NCBI GenBank assembly: GCA_963701305.1
Contig: OY969586.1
Coordinates: 2,825,509 to 2,889,508, forward strand
Source of the DNA: Candidatus Aminicenantes bacterium
GTDB lineage: Bacteria > Acidobacteriota > Aminicenantia > Aminicenantales > CAVYOD01
Direction: 5' to 3'
Length of the DNA: 64,000 nucleotides
Under the pieces are notes generated by a model. That model did not search any database, was not told where the DNA came from, and saw only the letters and a program-made list of their open reading frames with translations. How positions within the stretch are numbered: the first letter of the stretch is position 1; each line of letters starts with the position of its first letter. Shown here one piece after another: positions 17,831 to 28,784 of this stretch. Made by a program: the position numbers and the translations under genes.

Positions 17831-19606
17831 ATGACGTGCAAAATGATTCAGGCGAGACTGACGAGAATCTTGCCGGTCCTGCTAGTCTTGGCCCTGGGGT
17901 GTGCTTGTCAATCCACCCAGCAAAGCCAAAAAGCAGGTCTTCGAATTGGTGTTTCTTATTCCAAAGAGCTTGACCAAGGGCCTCTCGACGGGCGGATGCT
18001 CCTGATGATTTCGGATGACGCCAGCCGGGAGCCGAGGTTTCAGATCAGCTCCCGCAATTCGGACGCGCAGCTCATTTTCGGCCTCGATGTGGATGGATTA
18101 AATCCTGGGGAAGCGGCGGTTTTCGATGCCGCCGCCTTTGGCTTTCCGCTGAAGAGCATGGCCGAGATTCCTGCGGGAGACTATGTCGTCCAGGCGCTCC
18201 TTCACAGGTATGAGACTTTCCATCGGGCCGACGGGCACACCGTAAAACTTCCCATGGATCGAGGCGAGGGTCAGCGCTGGAATCTCGCCCCCGGAAATCT
18301 TTACAGCACCCCCAAGAAAATGAGGATCGATCCCCGTAAAGACGAATTGATAAGTGTCAGTTTGGATAAAGTTATTCCTCCTTTTCCCGAAGAAATAGAC
18401 ACAAAATATATCAAACACGTCAAGATCCAGAGCAAGCTTCTTTCCGAATTCTGGGGGCGGCCGATGTTTCTCGGCGCGATCATTCTTCTTCCGCAAGGCT
18501 TTGAGGAACATCCCGAAGCGAAGTACCCCTTGATGGTCTACCAGGGGCACTTCGAGCGCAAGTTCGATACGCTGGTCGGATTCCGCGAACAGCCGCCTGA
18601 TGCCAAGGAAAAATCGGAATACGCCGGAATTCCGGGTGTCTGGGGAGAGTACTATCGCCTCTACGATGAATATAGTTACAAGTTCTATAAGGACTGGACC
18701 GGCCCAGGATTCCCCAGGATGATCCTGGTGACCATCCAACATGCCAATCCGTATTTTGACGACTCATACGCGGTGAATTCGGCCAATTTGGGGCCCTACG
18801 GGGATGCCATCACCTATGAGCTCATCCCCACCATCGAAAAGAAATATCGAGGCATCGGTGCGGGATGGGCCCGGACTCTTTATGGAGGATCCACCGGCGG
18901 CTGGGAATCGCTCGGAGTCCAGGTCTTCTATCCCGATGAGTATAACGGAACCTGGACTTTCTGTCCCGACCCGATCGATTTTCGGGCCTACTCGCTCGTC
19001 AATATCTATGATCACAAAAACGCCTACTATCTCGACGCCCGATGGAAGCGCACTCCGAGACCCGGATTCCAGAACGAAATCGGGGAAGTGCTGTCCACCA
19101 ATGAAGAAATGAATCACCTCGAACTCGTCCTGGGGACGAACAGCCGTTCGGGCTATCAGTACGACATCTGGCAGGCGGTGTTTGGGCCTGTCGGGCAAGA
19201 CGGATATCCGAAGCCCATTTGGGACAAGCGGACCGGCGCTATTGACCATTCGGTGGCCGAGTATTGGCGGGAGCATTACGACCTTCGTCACATCCTCGAG
19301 CGCGATTGGAAGACCCTCGGGCCCAAATTAAAAGGGAAAATTCACATCTATACCGGCAACATGGACAACTGGTATCTGCACAATGCGGTCTACCTGATGG
19401 AGGAATTTCTCAAGAGCACTCAGAATCCGTACTATGACGGGTCCGTGGAGTATGGGGACCGTCAACCCCATTGCTGGTGCGGCGGCCACAACCTTCCGCT
19501 CTCGATTTCGATGTTGACCGTCAACCAGCGCTTCGCCCCGAAAATGGCCGAACACATCACCAAGACAGCCCCTCCCGGCGCAGACACGAAGAGCTGGAGG
19601 TACTAG
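17831..19606 (+). CDS. Esterase-family alpha/beta hydrolase (enterochelin/feruloyl-esterase-like), lipoprotein
   Basis: This is ORF 17579..19606 with the probable start MTCKMIQARL...LALGCAC (lipobox) after RBS ggagga. It carries YPLMVYQGHFERKF and the GxSxG-like RTLYGGSTGGWESLG. Confidence 0.65.
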   Translation: MTCKMIQARLTRILPVLLVLALGCACQSTQQSQKAGLRIGVSYSKELDQGPLDGRMLLMISDDASREPRFQISSRNSDAQLIFGLDVDGLNPGEAAVFDAAAFGFPLKSMAEIPAGDYVVQALLHRYETFHRADGHTVKLPMDRGEGQRWNLAPGNLYSTPKKMRIDPRKDELISVSLDKVIPPFPEEIDTKYIKHVKIQSKLLSEFWGRPMFLGAIILLPQGFEEHPEAKYPLMVYQGHFERKFDTLVGFREQPPDAKEKSEYAGIPGVWGEYYRLYDEYSYKFYKDWTGPGFPRMILVTIQHANPYFDDSYAVNSANLGPYGDAITYELIPTIEKKYRGIGAGWARTLYGGSTGGWESLGVQVFYPDEYNGTWTFCPDPIDFRAYSLVNIYDHKNAYYLDARWKRTPRPGFQNEIGEVLSTNEEMNHLELVLGTNSRSGYQYDIWQAVFGPVGQDGYPKPIWDKRTGAIDHSVAEYWREHYDLRHILERDWKTLGPKLKGKIHIYTGNMDNWYLHNAVYLMEEFLKSTQNPYYDGSVEYGDRQPHCWCGGHNLPLSISMLTVNQRFAPKMAEHITKTAPPGADTKSWRY

Positions 19607-19646
19607 GGGCCATGAACGCGCCAGAGAAGCTCGGCAGCGCACGATT

Positions 19647-22206
19647 GTGGAAGAATCTATAAGCAAGGAAAAATCTGTCATGCCCAGACAAAAATTAAGG
19701 AATTCGGTTTCGATCTCGCTTCTTTTCTTCTTCTTTTTATCGGGGATCCTGATCGCTGGAGAAAGAGTTGTGATCAGGGCGCGAAAAATTTACACGGCTG
19801 TGCAGGGGGTCATCGAGGACGGGATCATTCTGATTGAGGACGGGAAGATTTTTTTTGTCGGGAAGCAATTTCCGATTCCGAGTGGCACCCAGGAAATCAA
19901 AGCCAACATTGTGATCCCGGGACTGATTGATATCCATTCCCATCTCGGTGTCTATGGCGTGCCCGCTGTTCCAGAGAATGAGGATGGAAACGAGATGTCC
20001 ACACCGGTCACTCCCGAAGTCCGGGCGCTCGATTCTTTTAACTTTGAAGACCCGTCACTCAAAACGGCCCTCGCCGGAGGGGTGACGACGATCGTCTCTC
20101 GTCCGGGAAGCGGGAATGTCATCGGAGGAACAAGTGTCGCGGTCAAGTTAAAAAATGCGCCTCCGCAGCGCATGGTTTTGAAAGAGATCTGCGATCTCAA
20201 GATGACGATCGAGGGCAATCCGCCGGCCTTTCATGGCCGGCAGAACCGGATGCCGATGACTCTGATGGCCGTCTATTATCTGGCCCGTAAAGCCCTCATC
20301 GAAGCCCAGGATTATATGCAGGCTTGGGAAAAATACGAAAAAGAGAGAAGCAAGGGAGGAGATAGGCTGCCTCCCAAGAGAGACCTGGGGAAGGATGCCC
20401 TGGTCATGGCCCTGAAAAGAGAAATTCCGGTTCATATCCATACCTGCCGGGCGTCGGAGATCATGAGTTGCATCCGCCTGGCCGATGAATTTCATCTGAG
20501 GCTGACGCTGGGACACTGCGATTTCGCCTTTCTCCTGAGGGACGAACTGAAGGGCAGGAAGGATGTTCATTTCAACGTCGGACCTGCCTGGTTTACGACT
20601 TACTATGATGATCCGATGAAAATTCGGAATGTCGCCGCGATCCTGGCCAACGCTGGACTGAACGTTTCGCTCCAGGTCGATGCCGTTTCGGGCCGCCAGC
20701 CGGGACAACAATATCTTCTTCATGCGGCCGATCTTTGCGTCCGGCACGGGATGAAAGAGGACGATGCCATCAAGGCCATAACGATTCGAGGCGCAGAGGC
20801 GGCGGGATTGGAGAATAGAATCGGGAGTCTTGAGAAAGGGAAGGATGCAGATCTCGTATTTTTGGATGGCGAGCCGTTTGAGCTCCTGACCTCGGTCGAA
20901 AGAGTGATGATCGATGGAAAGACCGAGTATCAAAGAGATCCTCTGGAGAGGGTCCCGTCCATGTCATCCCTTCCCCAAGCAACAAGCAAGCTCTCGATTC
21001 CATCTGAGATCAGGAACGCGGAGGGTTTCGCCATCAGGGGCGGAACGGTCCTGCCCATGAACGGACCCAGAATCAACGGCGGAATAGTCCTCGTCAAAAA
21101 CGGGAAAATCGAAAAAGTGGGCCAGGATATCGCCATTCCCAAGGGATGGGCGGTCATAGACGCTCACGATTTCGTCATCATGCCCGGGCTCATCTCTCCC
21201 AGGTCTCAAGTGGGAATTTCACAGAATTGGAGGTTTCAGGAATCGGTTGACGAATTGTCGATGCCGGTCGTGCCCGAGATGGAAGTCAAACACGCCATCG
21301 AGCCCCAGGATGTCCTTTTCTCCTCGTCAAGGACCGTCGGAATCACGACACTCCAGGTGACGCCGGGTGACATGAATGTTATCGGAGGACAGGGGGTGGC
21401 GATCAAGACGGCGGGATCTGTGGTCGACAAGATGATCCTCAAAGATAAGTCCGTCATGGTCTTTGGGCTGGGAGTCGCCGCAAAGAGAAAGAACCAGATG
21501 CCTTCAACGCGGATGGGAATCGTCGCTCTCCTCAGGGAAAATTTGCAGAAAGCCCGGGAGTATAGCAGCCGGCTGGAAAAAGATAAAAGCGGAGGGGAGG
21601 GAGTTCGGACGCCAAGGGATTTTTCCCTGGAAGCATTAGTCCCCGTCGTCCGAGGTGAAATGCCGGTCCTGATCCATTGCGAAAGGCAAGATGACATCAT
21701 GACCGCCTTGAGGATCGCGGACGAATTTCATCTGAAAATAATCCTCTCCGGAGCCGCTGAGGCTTTTGGAGTCGCGGACGAGATAAAAAGGAGAAATATC
21801 CCTGTCATTTTGGAGAGGATTTTCCGCGGCGGAGGAAACACCGAAGATCATGATTTCGATCGCAAAAAAGATCTCGGTCCTGGCCAAGTCCGGCGTCAGA
21901 ATCTCCTTCACCCTCGGAGATTATTTGGCCTGGTATATTCCCCTCGCGCTCATCGGCGCCGACCCTCTCGAAGTGGCCGCCCTGGCCTTCAAGAACGGGT
22001 TGCCTGAAGAAGAAGCTCTGAGGTCTTTCACTATTGAGGCGGCGAGGATCATCGGATGCGAGAACAGGGTAGGCAGCCTGGAGGCGGGAAAGGACGCGGA
22101 CATTCTCATCCTGCGAGGGCACCCGTTTCTGACGCATTCGATCCCCGAGGCCGTCTTCGTTGACGGGAGGCTCGTCTATCAGAGGACGGATCAAGAGAAT
22201 TTATAA
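19647..22206 (+). pseudogene. Tandem two-domain amidohydrolase (metal-dependent hydrolase superfamily), interrupted by a frameshift in an A6 run at about 21864-21869
   Basis: Domain 1 has LIDIHSHLGV (HxH) and ...AIKAITIRGAEAAGLENRIGSLEKGKDADLVFLDG. Domain 2 begins at about aa 470, and its C-terminus continues in ORF 21850..22206 (ALRSFTIEAARIIGCENRVGSLEAGKDADILILRG) in a different frame. The junction is at cgcaaaaaag. Confidence 0.65.
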
Positions 22207-22306
22207 GGAATCGTGACCGCGAGGATCCGCTGGGGCCTGCCCACGAGCTTGTGGCCTCCCCAGAACTCACTCCTCCGGGAGATGAATCGGAGGGGATCTC
22301 AGGTCC

Positions 22307-23605
22307 TCAGAACATCCTCACAATCCCTCTCCCTCCGGAGCCAAACCGGGGGTTGACGACATTGCTATAGACAGAGCCGAATGTATAACTGAATCCGACC
22401 ATGATGAAATATTGGTAGGTCGTGGCCTGCTCCTTGCGGCGTAACAAAATCTCTTCCAGGGATGCTCCGCCTTTGGCCAACGAGAGTTGATCGTGAATCC
22501 TCGAAGCGCTTCCGTAAACGTTGAAAGAGAGACCCTTGTAGAGCCTCAACGAGACTTCGCCGTCGAGCACCAGGCGGTTTTTTTTGAGGTCATGAAAATA
22601 GTGGGATCCCTCGAGAGACGCGCTCGCTGTTCCCCACTTCTCTTTGACCTCGAGTGTCCCCGACAGATTTTCGTTCCAGAGATTTTCTTTAACCTTGTCA
22701 AAAATGGTTTCTTCCCTGTACCTAGCGTTGGTGTAACCAACTCTGTAGAGAAAACGAAGCTGGCGTCTCGTGGATTGAGAATATGGAAAAAGATTATACT
22801 CAACGGCAGGGGTCAAGCTCAGAGCGAACTTGATATTTTGATAGGTGGACGACTGAACAGCCAAAAATCCCCCAACCGACCAGTGCTTACCCAAACTCTT
22901 GACAACGAGTCCGCTGAAGCTTTGGCTGCTTGAGCTGCTCCGAATTGTCTCCTCATCTACCTTAAAATCGCTTTCATTGCGGGACGCGGAGAGATAGGCA
23001 TTGATCTTGAGCTCGGGAGTCACTCGGTTGGCCGAGAAAGTGCCATAGATGGACTTGGAGGTGTAGGATTTTTCCCCGCTGAAGAACCCGTCCGCACTGA
23101 GGCTGAACACCCAAGAGTTCCATTTGTCCACAACCGAAGTGGGCTTCGGCTGTTCGGTGAGTCCGATCGCAACACACTCGACGATCGGCGTCTTGGCCAC
23201 ATAGCGGACGAGCCCGACCTTCAAGACCCTGACCAATCCCTGTCGGATTTCGTCTTCCGTGTCCGCCTTATGGGAGAAGTATTTCAGGGTTTCATCCATC
23301 CCCTTGAATTCCTTCTGACCGCTGAAGGAAAGGGTGAACTCAAGGCCTCCGCTCCCCGTGCCTTGCAAGGTGATCAGGACGTGGACCTGGGCCTCCCTGC
23401 GTTCCCGGACGTGGTTGACGAAGGTGATTTCGGTTCGGACATAATCGAGATCGCAGTAATACGACTGGCAATCGATGAAAACCCGCGGGGCGCTTTTCTT
23501 CAGTTCTTCAATATCGACCGGCACTTTCTGCGAGAATGCCAGGGAAACCAGAAGGCCAAAAAAAATGAAAGACCAGACGGTGGCCTGTTTTCGGGACCTT
23601 GACAT
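22307..23605 (-). CDS. Putative outer-membrane beta-barrel protein (hypothetical)
   Basis: This is ORF 22307..23671 with the probable start MSRSRKQATVWSFIFFGLLVSLAFSQ (signal peptide). It shows an alternating amphipathic pattern and a C-terminal ...RGIVRMF ending in Phe. Confidence 0.45.
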   Translation of the reverse strand: MSRSRKQATVWSFIFFGLLVSLAFSQKVPVDIEELKKSAPRVFIDCQSYYCDLDYVRTEITFVNHVRERREAQVHVLITLQGTGSGGLEFTLSFSGQKEFKGMDETLKYFSHKADTEDEIRQGLVRVLKVGLVRYVAKTPIVECVAIGLTEQPKPTSVVDKWNSWVFSLSADGFFSGEKSYTSKSIYGTFSANRVTPELKINAYLSASRNESDFKVDEETIRSSSSSQSFSGLVVKSLGKHWSVGGFLAVQSSTYQNIKFALSLTPAVEYNLFPYSQSTRRQLRFLYRVGYTNARYREETIFDKVKENLWNENLSGTLEVKEKWGTASASLEGSHYFHDLKKNRLVLDGEVSLRLYKGLSFNVYGSASRIHDQLSLAKGGASLEEILLRRKEQATTYQYFIMVGFSYTFGSVYSNVVNPRFGSGGRGIVRMF

Positions 23606-23763
23606 CTCTCGCCTCCGTTCGCGGGTGTCCTGCTCTCGACTTGGGATAAAAGTTAACAAGATACAACACAAGTGTCAATGCCGCGTTCCCAAGACCGTAT
23701 CCGGCTTAGGGAGGCGCGCCAAAACTCAGGCCCGTGAGGCGGCCGGGCGCTCTGCCTGGAAAC

Positions 23764-24153
23764 TTAATCGCAGGCCAACCAGGCTACGCAGAGACCCCCG
23801 CTGCCAGAACTCGTTTTCTCGCTCAGACTCATGTTTGCTTCGGGAGATGGCTCTGGCGCCGTCCCACAGCGGACGATAACACTGCAAAATCCGTTGCAGC
23901 ACTGCGGGCACGAGCAGTTCCCCAAAATCTGCACATCGTCCGCAAGGGGAACGACATCGATAACCTCCATGATTTTCCCACGGCAGGTGACGAATTTTGT
24001 CCCCGGGGGCAGGTAGGCCGTTCCGTGAGAGCAAACCTCAATGTACTTGGGCGAGCTCGAGGTGACCTCTGTTGCCTTTGTTCCGGCCGAGTAAGCGGTA
24101 ACCAATAAGACGACCAGGACAACACCAACGAGATACTTCCACAATTTTTTCAT
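23764..24153 (-). CDS. Small secreted cysteine-rich protein (129 aa; 10 Cys in the mature part)
   Basis: A strong RBS aaaggaggagg lies 8 nt upstream. The signal peptide is MKKLWKYLVGVVLVVLLVTAYSAG. The Cys cluster reads NCSCPQCCNGFCSVIVRCG ... LCVAWLACD. Confidence 0.6.
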   Translation of the reverse strand: MKKLWKYLVGVVLVVLLVTAYSAGTKATEVTSSSPKYIEVCSHGTAYLPPGTKFVTCRGKIMEVIDVVPLADDVQILGNCSCPQCCNGFCSVIVRCGTAPEPSPEANMSLSEKTSSGSGGLCVAWLACD

Positions 24154-24291
24154 CGGAAAATCCTCCTCCTTTTTAAGATAAAAAATACTCCATATAGATA
24201 ATACGCTTCTCGGGAAGGAATTTTCTCACGAAGACCCTCCTCAACCCCGCCCGTCCTTTGAGGTTTTTCGGTTTTCACCCGTCCGCGCCCG

Positions 24292-24903
24292 ATGGGGAAG
24301 CACGCCGCTGCGAGCCTGGAAATTGACATCAGCCATAAAATGCCTTATAAGACTCGTAAATCAATGAAGGAGAGCAACCTCGCCGCGGCCGACCTCGAGC
24401 TCGTTTTGCGGAAATTCTCAAACTCAATTAGGTCCAGCGTCTTGAAATTCGGCTTGGAGAAGAGGGGCATTGATCCCGAGGACATCATTCAGGAAGTCCG
24501 GATCAAAATATGGAAGAAATTCGTCAATGAGAAAAAAGTCAATAACCATTCGTCTTATATTAATAGAATTGTAAATTCCACCTTAATAGACTGCATTCGA
24601 AGATCGAGACGGCAAGAGAGGCTCATCTGGCATGCGCAACAACGCGCTCTTCTTCAAGAGGGATGCTGTCAAGAGCCTGGGTCTGAAGACAACCTCTTCA
24701 GAGAGACGATCACCAAAGCCACGGATACGCTCCTGGAATCACGCCGGACGGTTGTCAAGATGTTTCTGTCGGACATGAACATCGAAGAAATTTCTCTTGC
24801 TTTGAAATGGAGCCAAGACAAGACCAGGAACCTGCTTTACAGGGGTCTGGCTGATCTCAAGAGCAGGCTTCTGGAAATGGGGATCGAATATGAACATCGA
24901 TGA
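24292..24903 (+). CDS. ECF-family RNA polymerase sigma factor (sigma-70 regions 2 and 4)
   Basis: Region 2 is DIIQEVRIKIWKKF...YINRIVNSTLIDCIRRSRRQ. Region 4 is RRTVVKMFLSDMNIEEISLALKWSQDKTRNLLYRGLADLKSRL. There is an unusual insert between the two regions (QEGCCQEPGSEDN). The true start may be an internal Met (MPYKTRK or MKESNL). Confidence 0.8.
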   Translation: MGKHAAASLEIDISHKMPYKTRKSMKESNLAAADLELVLRKFSNSIRSSVLKFGLEKRGIDPEDIIQEVRIKIWKKFVNEKKVNNHSSYINRIVNSTLIDCIRRSRRQERLIWHAQQRALLQEGCCQEPGSEDNLFRETITKATDTLLESRRTVVKMFLSDMNIEEISLALKWSQDKTRNLLYRGLADLKSRLLEMGIEYEHR

Positions 24904-25624
24904 TCAGATACTCAGAGCGATTTACCAGGGTCGTGATGAGGCAAAAAAGCCCTCTTCCGGGAAGAGCTGTCCCTCTCCCAAAAAAATGATAAGGCTGCTG
25001 AGATCGCGGTCATCAGAAAGGGAAGCGACGAAACTCGTTGACCACATCTCCCGCTGCCGCGCTTGCGCGGGAGAGTTCGGCTTCCTGCTGGAGGCCCTCA
25101 GACATGAGGAGAAGTTGATCCAGGATCTAAGGCAATGGCTTTCCAGCAAGAATTCCGCTGAGGTCCGGGAGCCGGAGCGCCTAAGAAGTTTTGATCCCGG
25201 GATACACAGGCGGCCTTCCTTTCTCCGGTTTTCAAGGGGCACGGCCTTCTTGCTAAGCGGATTCGTCCTTGTCGGTCTGATTGTTACGGGGCTTTTGATT
25301 TTTCGGGCCCCTGAAAAATATCGGGCCGGAGCGGGATCGAAAGTTGAATTGCTCCAGCCGGTTGATGAAAAGATCTCTTCCTCCGGCTTGGTTTTCCGAT
25401 GGAAGAAGACCAAGAATTCAGAATATTACGTTCTCGAACTGTTTAACAAAGACCTCTCTCCGGTCTGGAAGAGCGAAAGGACAGCAGAAAATTCTGTCGT
25501 CCTTCCCAGAGCCGTAGCGGAAAAGCTGGAGATCAACGGCTCCTATTTCTGGATGATCACAGCCCACGGCACAAACGGGGAGGACATCACTTCACGCCTG
25601 GACGAATTCACCGTCAAGAAGTGA
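24890..25624 (+). CDS. ZAS-type (HxxxCxxC zinc) anti-sigma factor with one TM helix and a periplasmic C-terminal domain
   Basis: The gene overlaps the sigma gene by 14 nt. The zinc motif is HISRCRACAGEF, the TM segment is AFLLSGFVLVGLIVTGLLIF, and about 110 aa follow it. Confidence 0.7.
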   Translation: MNIDDQILRAIYQGRDEAKKPSSGKSCPSPKKMIRLLRSRSSEREATKLVDHISRCRACAGEFGFLLEALRHEEKLIQDLRQWLSSKNSAEVREPERLRSFDPGIHRRPSFLRFSRGTAFLLSGFVLVGLIVTGLLIFRAPEKYRAGAGSKVELLQPVDEKISSSGLVFRWKKTKNSEYYVLELFNKDLSPVWKSERTAENSVVLPRAVAEKLEINGSYFWMITAHGTNGEDITSRLDEFTVKK

Positions 25625-25659
25625 CATCGGGGTCTTGACCTGCCCCTCGACGTTGTGAA

Positions 25660-28560
25660 TCAATCGACATCCACCGTCGACGCGGGTTCGCCGTGCAGAA
25701 CAAACGCGGCCCAATAAAACGGATGGGAATACCTTGATCTGAGCATACCGAGCTTGGCCAGACGAAGGGCTTGAGCTTGGTCATTTCTTTGCGAAAGACG
25801 ATGATAAAAATCGCCCATAAACCTGGCTGTGGCTTTGTCGCTAATTTCCCAGAGGGTCGAAAGCACGGACCTGGCTCCGGAAAAGAAAAAACTCCTGGTC
25901 AAGCCCAGAATTCCTTCTCCTCGCTCATCATACCCCCTGCTGGTCTGGCAGGCTGAGAGCACAACCAGCTCGGCAGCCAATCGAAGATTGGAAATTTCGC
26001 GAACCTGCAGGAAACCATCCTCGCCTGATCTTTCATCCGAAGATAAAACGAGGGCGGACCGAAAAGGTATTTTTTCGTCGAGGAAACCGTGGCAAGCGAA
26101 ATGAATAACCTGGTAGTCCTCTAAACTAAGCTTTTTTATGGTCTCTTCGGCGGCTTCCTTCCCCAGATAGACGGACCGGTTGTTTTTCGAAAAATAGCGA
26201 GAGACATTCTTGATCTCCTGGGCGCTATGGGCGAGGGGAGAAAAGTCGAATCCTTGACCCCGATAAGTCTCTTTCATAATATTGGCCAGACTAATTTTGC
26301 CCTTCTTTCCCGACGAAACATCCGAGGCGTCTAACGCATCCCCGAAAGCTAAGAGGCCCCGAGGATACCGATTTTCCTTCTTTTTCTCCTTCAAAACCAG
26401 AAGCGATGAACAGGAAGAGCCGTAAGATACGATGTACTTTGAAATCAACAATTCCCCGCCGCAGGTTTGATCTCGGAGGAGAGGAAGCGTCTCGAAAGGG
26501 AGGCCAAACAGCGAACCGTCGGGAATGATGATCAAACGGTCGATCCCCTCAGGCAGGTTATTCAGGGCCGAAAAAAGAAGGCCGCGTGACAAGCGTTCCG
26601 CCGCCGGGGCCCCTTTCCATCTTCCTTTAGGAGGGTCGGAGAGGAGCTTCACGTAGGCGCTGATCGAATTTTCGATTTCGGTCCGCGGGGGAAGAGGGAA
26701 AATCATGAATTTGTTTCTGGCCATGGAAATAAGAAGAGAGCCGTTCTCGCCAAGGAAGTATTCGAGGATTGCGGTTTTCTCATCCAGGAGACGTTCCTGA
26801 ACCTGTTTCACTCGAAGGGGAAGGGGAAGGATGACGTTTGCGACGTCGGGCTCCCCGGCGCTCATTCTCGGGTCGAGCGCGAGGTATTCATCTTCAAGCC
26901 GCTTGAGCGTCCTCTGAAGCTCCACGAGCCTGCTCTGGGGCAAATCTCCTGCGGACATTTCGCGAATAACGGCGGAAATACGGCTTGATATCTCATCTTC
27001 TTTCTTCTTCAGGGACGGTTCCGAGGTGCGCCGGCTAGCTTCCCTTGGTTCGCCCAGGCTCTCTAGGAAAGACCTGGCTTTCGCCCTTTCGACGAGACGG
27101 AAGATCTCTTCTTCTTTGCCCGGAGAGACATCTTTTGCGCGAAGTCTGGACAAAAGGTCGATGGCTGACTCATAAACTCTGAATTTGTTTTTCCCAAACC
27201 CCACTTTGTAATAATCAGATGGAATTCGACTTCTCTGAAAATCAATTGTGTCCATAGAACTTTCGTAGCAAGCCATCGCCTGATCATACGCTTGGCTTTT
27301 TTCGTAACACTGTCCGAGGTGGAACAAAGGTTCCCAGAGGAGCCTGGGAGAGACTTTTTCGTCCGCGCTCTGAAGGGCCTTCCGAAAATACGTTTGCGCT
27401 TTTTCGCTATCTCCCGTCTTGAGGGAGCAATTTCCCAAATTGATGAAGATTTCTGCGAGTGCCTCGTGGGCGCCGTTTTTTTCGGCGAGCTCGTAGGCTG
27501 ATTGGAGATAACTTTTTGCCGTATGATAATAGGTCAGATCGAGGTAAGTGTTGCCGACGTTATTGAGGGCCTGTAGCTCAGCCCATGGATCTGCCTTGCT
27601 TCTGGCCGAATCGAGCGCCTCGTTGAAATAGGTCAGCGCTTGATAAAGATCCGATTTGCCGGAAAAAATAAGTCCTTTGTTTCGAAAGCCCTCGCCAAGA
27701 GCGTTGAGATCCTGCGGAAGGGAAACGGTATTTCCCAATCGCAGGTCGATTTCATGTCCCGACAACAGGTAATCTAACGACCTCTCGTAGAGGCCGAACT
27801 GAATTAAGATAAGACCTATGTTTTTTAAGCAAAAGGACTCGTATTCTTTTTTCGAGATGTTGCTGGAAAGGTCCCTCGCCTCGGAATAATTGTTGAGAGC
27901 TTTAGAGTAGTCACCAGAATTGAGATAATAATAGCCAATGTTCATTAGAGATTTGGCTTGTTCCAACCGATCGTTCGATTCTTGGGCAGCTTGAAGGGAC
28001 CGCTGATTGGCCAAGAGAAAGCCACCCAGATCGTGCCTTGCCAGATGCGTCAAGCTCAATTGGCGAAGGCATCTGACTTCGTGCTCCCGGCTTCCGATCG
28101 TTTTGGCCAATTTGACGGCCGAATCGAAATTCTCAACCGATCTGTCATATTTGCCGGCGAGACGATCCTCTTTGCCTCGAGAATAGAGCTCCCAGATCTT
28201 GATGGCCGCCTGGCATTCTTTCATCTCTCTTTTAAAATTGAGGTCCTTCGCGCGCGAAAAGGCGTCTGAGTAAAACTTCAGGGAATCTTCAGGTCGCCCG
28301 CCGGCCCAGCACAATTTTCCCAGAAGCATCGAACACTGGACTTCGTTCTTCGCGTCTTTCATGCTTCGCGCCAGCCCGAGCGCCTGATTCAGCAAATCTG
28401 AGGACTCCTGGATATTTCCCTCTCTCCACCGGGATTCGGCTGATTTGAAAACCTTGATATATTGCTCGAGGGGGCTTTCCGGCTTTCCGGCGGCCGGGTT
28501 TTGGCCGAACGAAAAATGGAGTGCAATGAGGATTTCCAAAAGGATTACCGATAACCTCAT
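25660..28560 (-). CDS. Secreted TPR-repeat plus CHAT-domain (caspase-like) protease
   Basis: This is ORF 25660..28635 with the likely start MRLSVILLEILIALHFSFGQNP (signal peptide). The N-terminal two-thirds is TPR-like (many AxxxYxxA/LG repeats). The C-terminal CHAT domain carries the His/Cys dyad (IHFACHGFLD ... VVLSACQTSRGY). Confidence 0.8.
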   Translation of the reverse strand: MRLSVILLEILIALHFSFGQNPAAGKPESPLEQYIKVFKSAESRWREGNIQESSDLLNQALGLARSMKDAKNEVQCSMLLGKLCWAGGRPEDSLKFYSDAFSRAKDLNFKREMKECQAAIKIWELYSRGKEDRLAGKYDRSVENFDSAVKLAKTIGSREHEVRCLRQLSLTHLARHDLGGFLLANQRSLQAAQESNDRLEQAKSLMNIGYYYLNSGDYSKALNNYSEARDLSSNISKKEYESFCLKNIGLILIQFGLYERSLDYLLSGHEIDLRLGNTVSLPQDLNALGEGFRNKGLIFSGKSDLYQALTYFNEALDSARSKADPWAELQALNNVGNTYLDLTYYHTAKSYLQSAYELAEKNGAHEALAEIFINLGNCSLKTGDSEKAQTYFRKALQSADEKVSPRLLWEPLFHLGQCYEKSQAYDQAMACYESSMDTIDFQRSRIPSDYYKVGFGKNKFRVYESAIDLLSRLRAKDVSPGKEEEIFRLVERAKARSFLESLGEPREASRRTSEPSLKKKEDEISSRISAVIREMSAGDLPQSRLVELQRTLKRLEDEYLALDPRMSAGEPDVANVILPLPLRVKQVQERLLDEKTAILEYFLGENGSLLISMARNKFMIFPLPPRTEIENSISAYVKLLSDPPKGRWKGAPAAERLSRGLLFSALNNLPEGIDRLIIIPDGSLFGLPFETLPLLRDQTCGGELLISKYIVSYGSSCSSLLVLKEKKKENRYPRGLLAFGDALDASDVSSGKKGKISLANIMKETYRGQGFDFSPLAHSAQEIKNVSRYFSKNNRSVYLGKEAAEETIKKLSLEDYQVIHFACHGFLDEKIPFRSALVLSSDERSGEDGFLQVREISNLRLAAELVVLSACQTSRGYDERGEGILGLTRSFFFSGARSVLSTLWEISDKATARFMGDFYHRLSQRNDQAQALRLAKLGMLRSRYSHPFYWAAFVLHGEPASTVDVD

Positions 28561-28784
28561 TCTTAGACACCGGCGCTCGGTGTTTACGCTGGGAAGGTGC
28601 TTGAAAAGGGGAACTCGTAATCTCATTGTTACCATTATACTCGAATTTTGCTCTGCAATCGTATTTCCGGCACAGATACCCAGGATGAGAAAAAAACCAG
28701 ATTTCGATCGTCTAATATTATGAGGACGGAGTGTATTTGGTTCTTTCGATGAATCGAACGACTCCTCGATTTTAGCTCCAGCAT

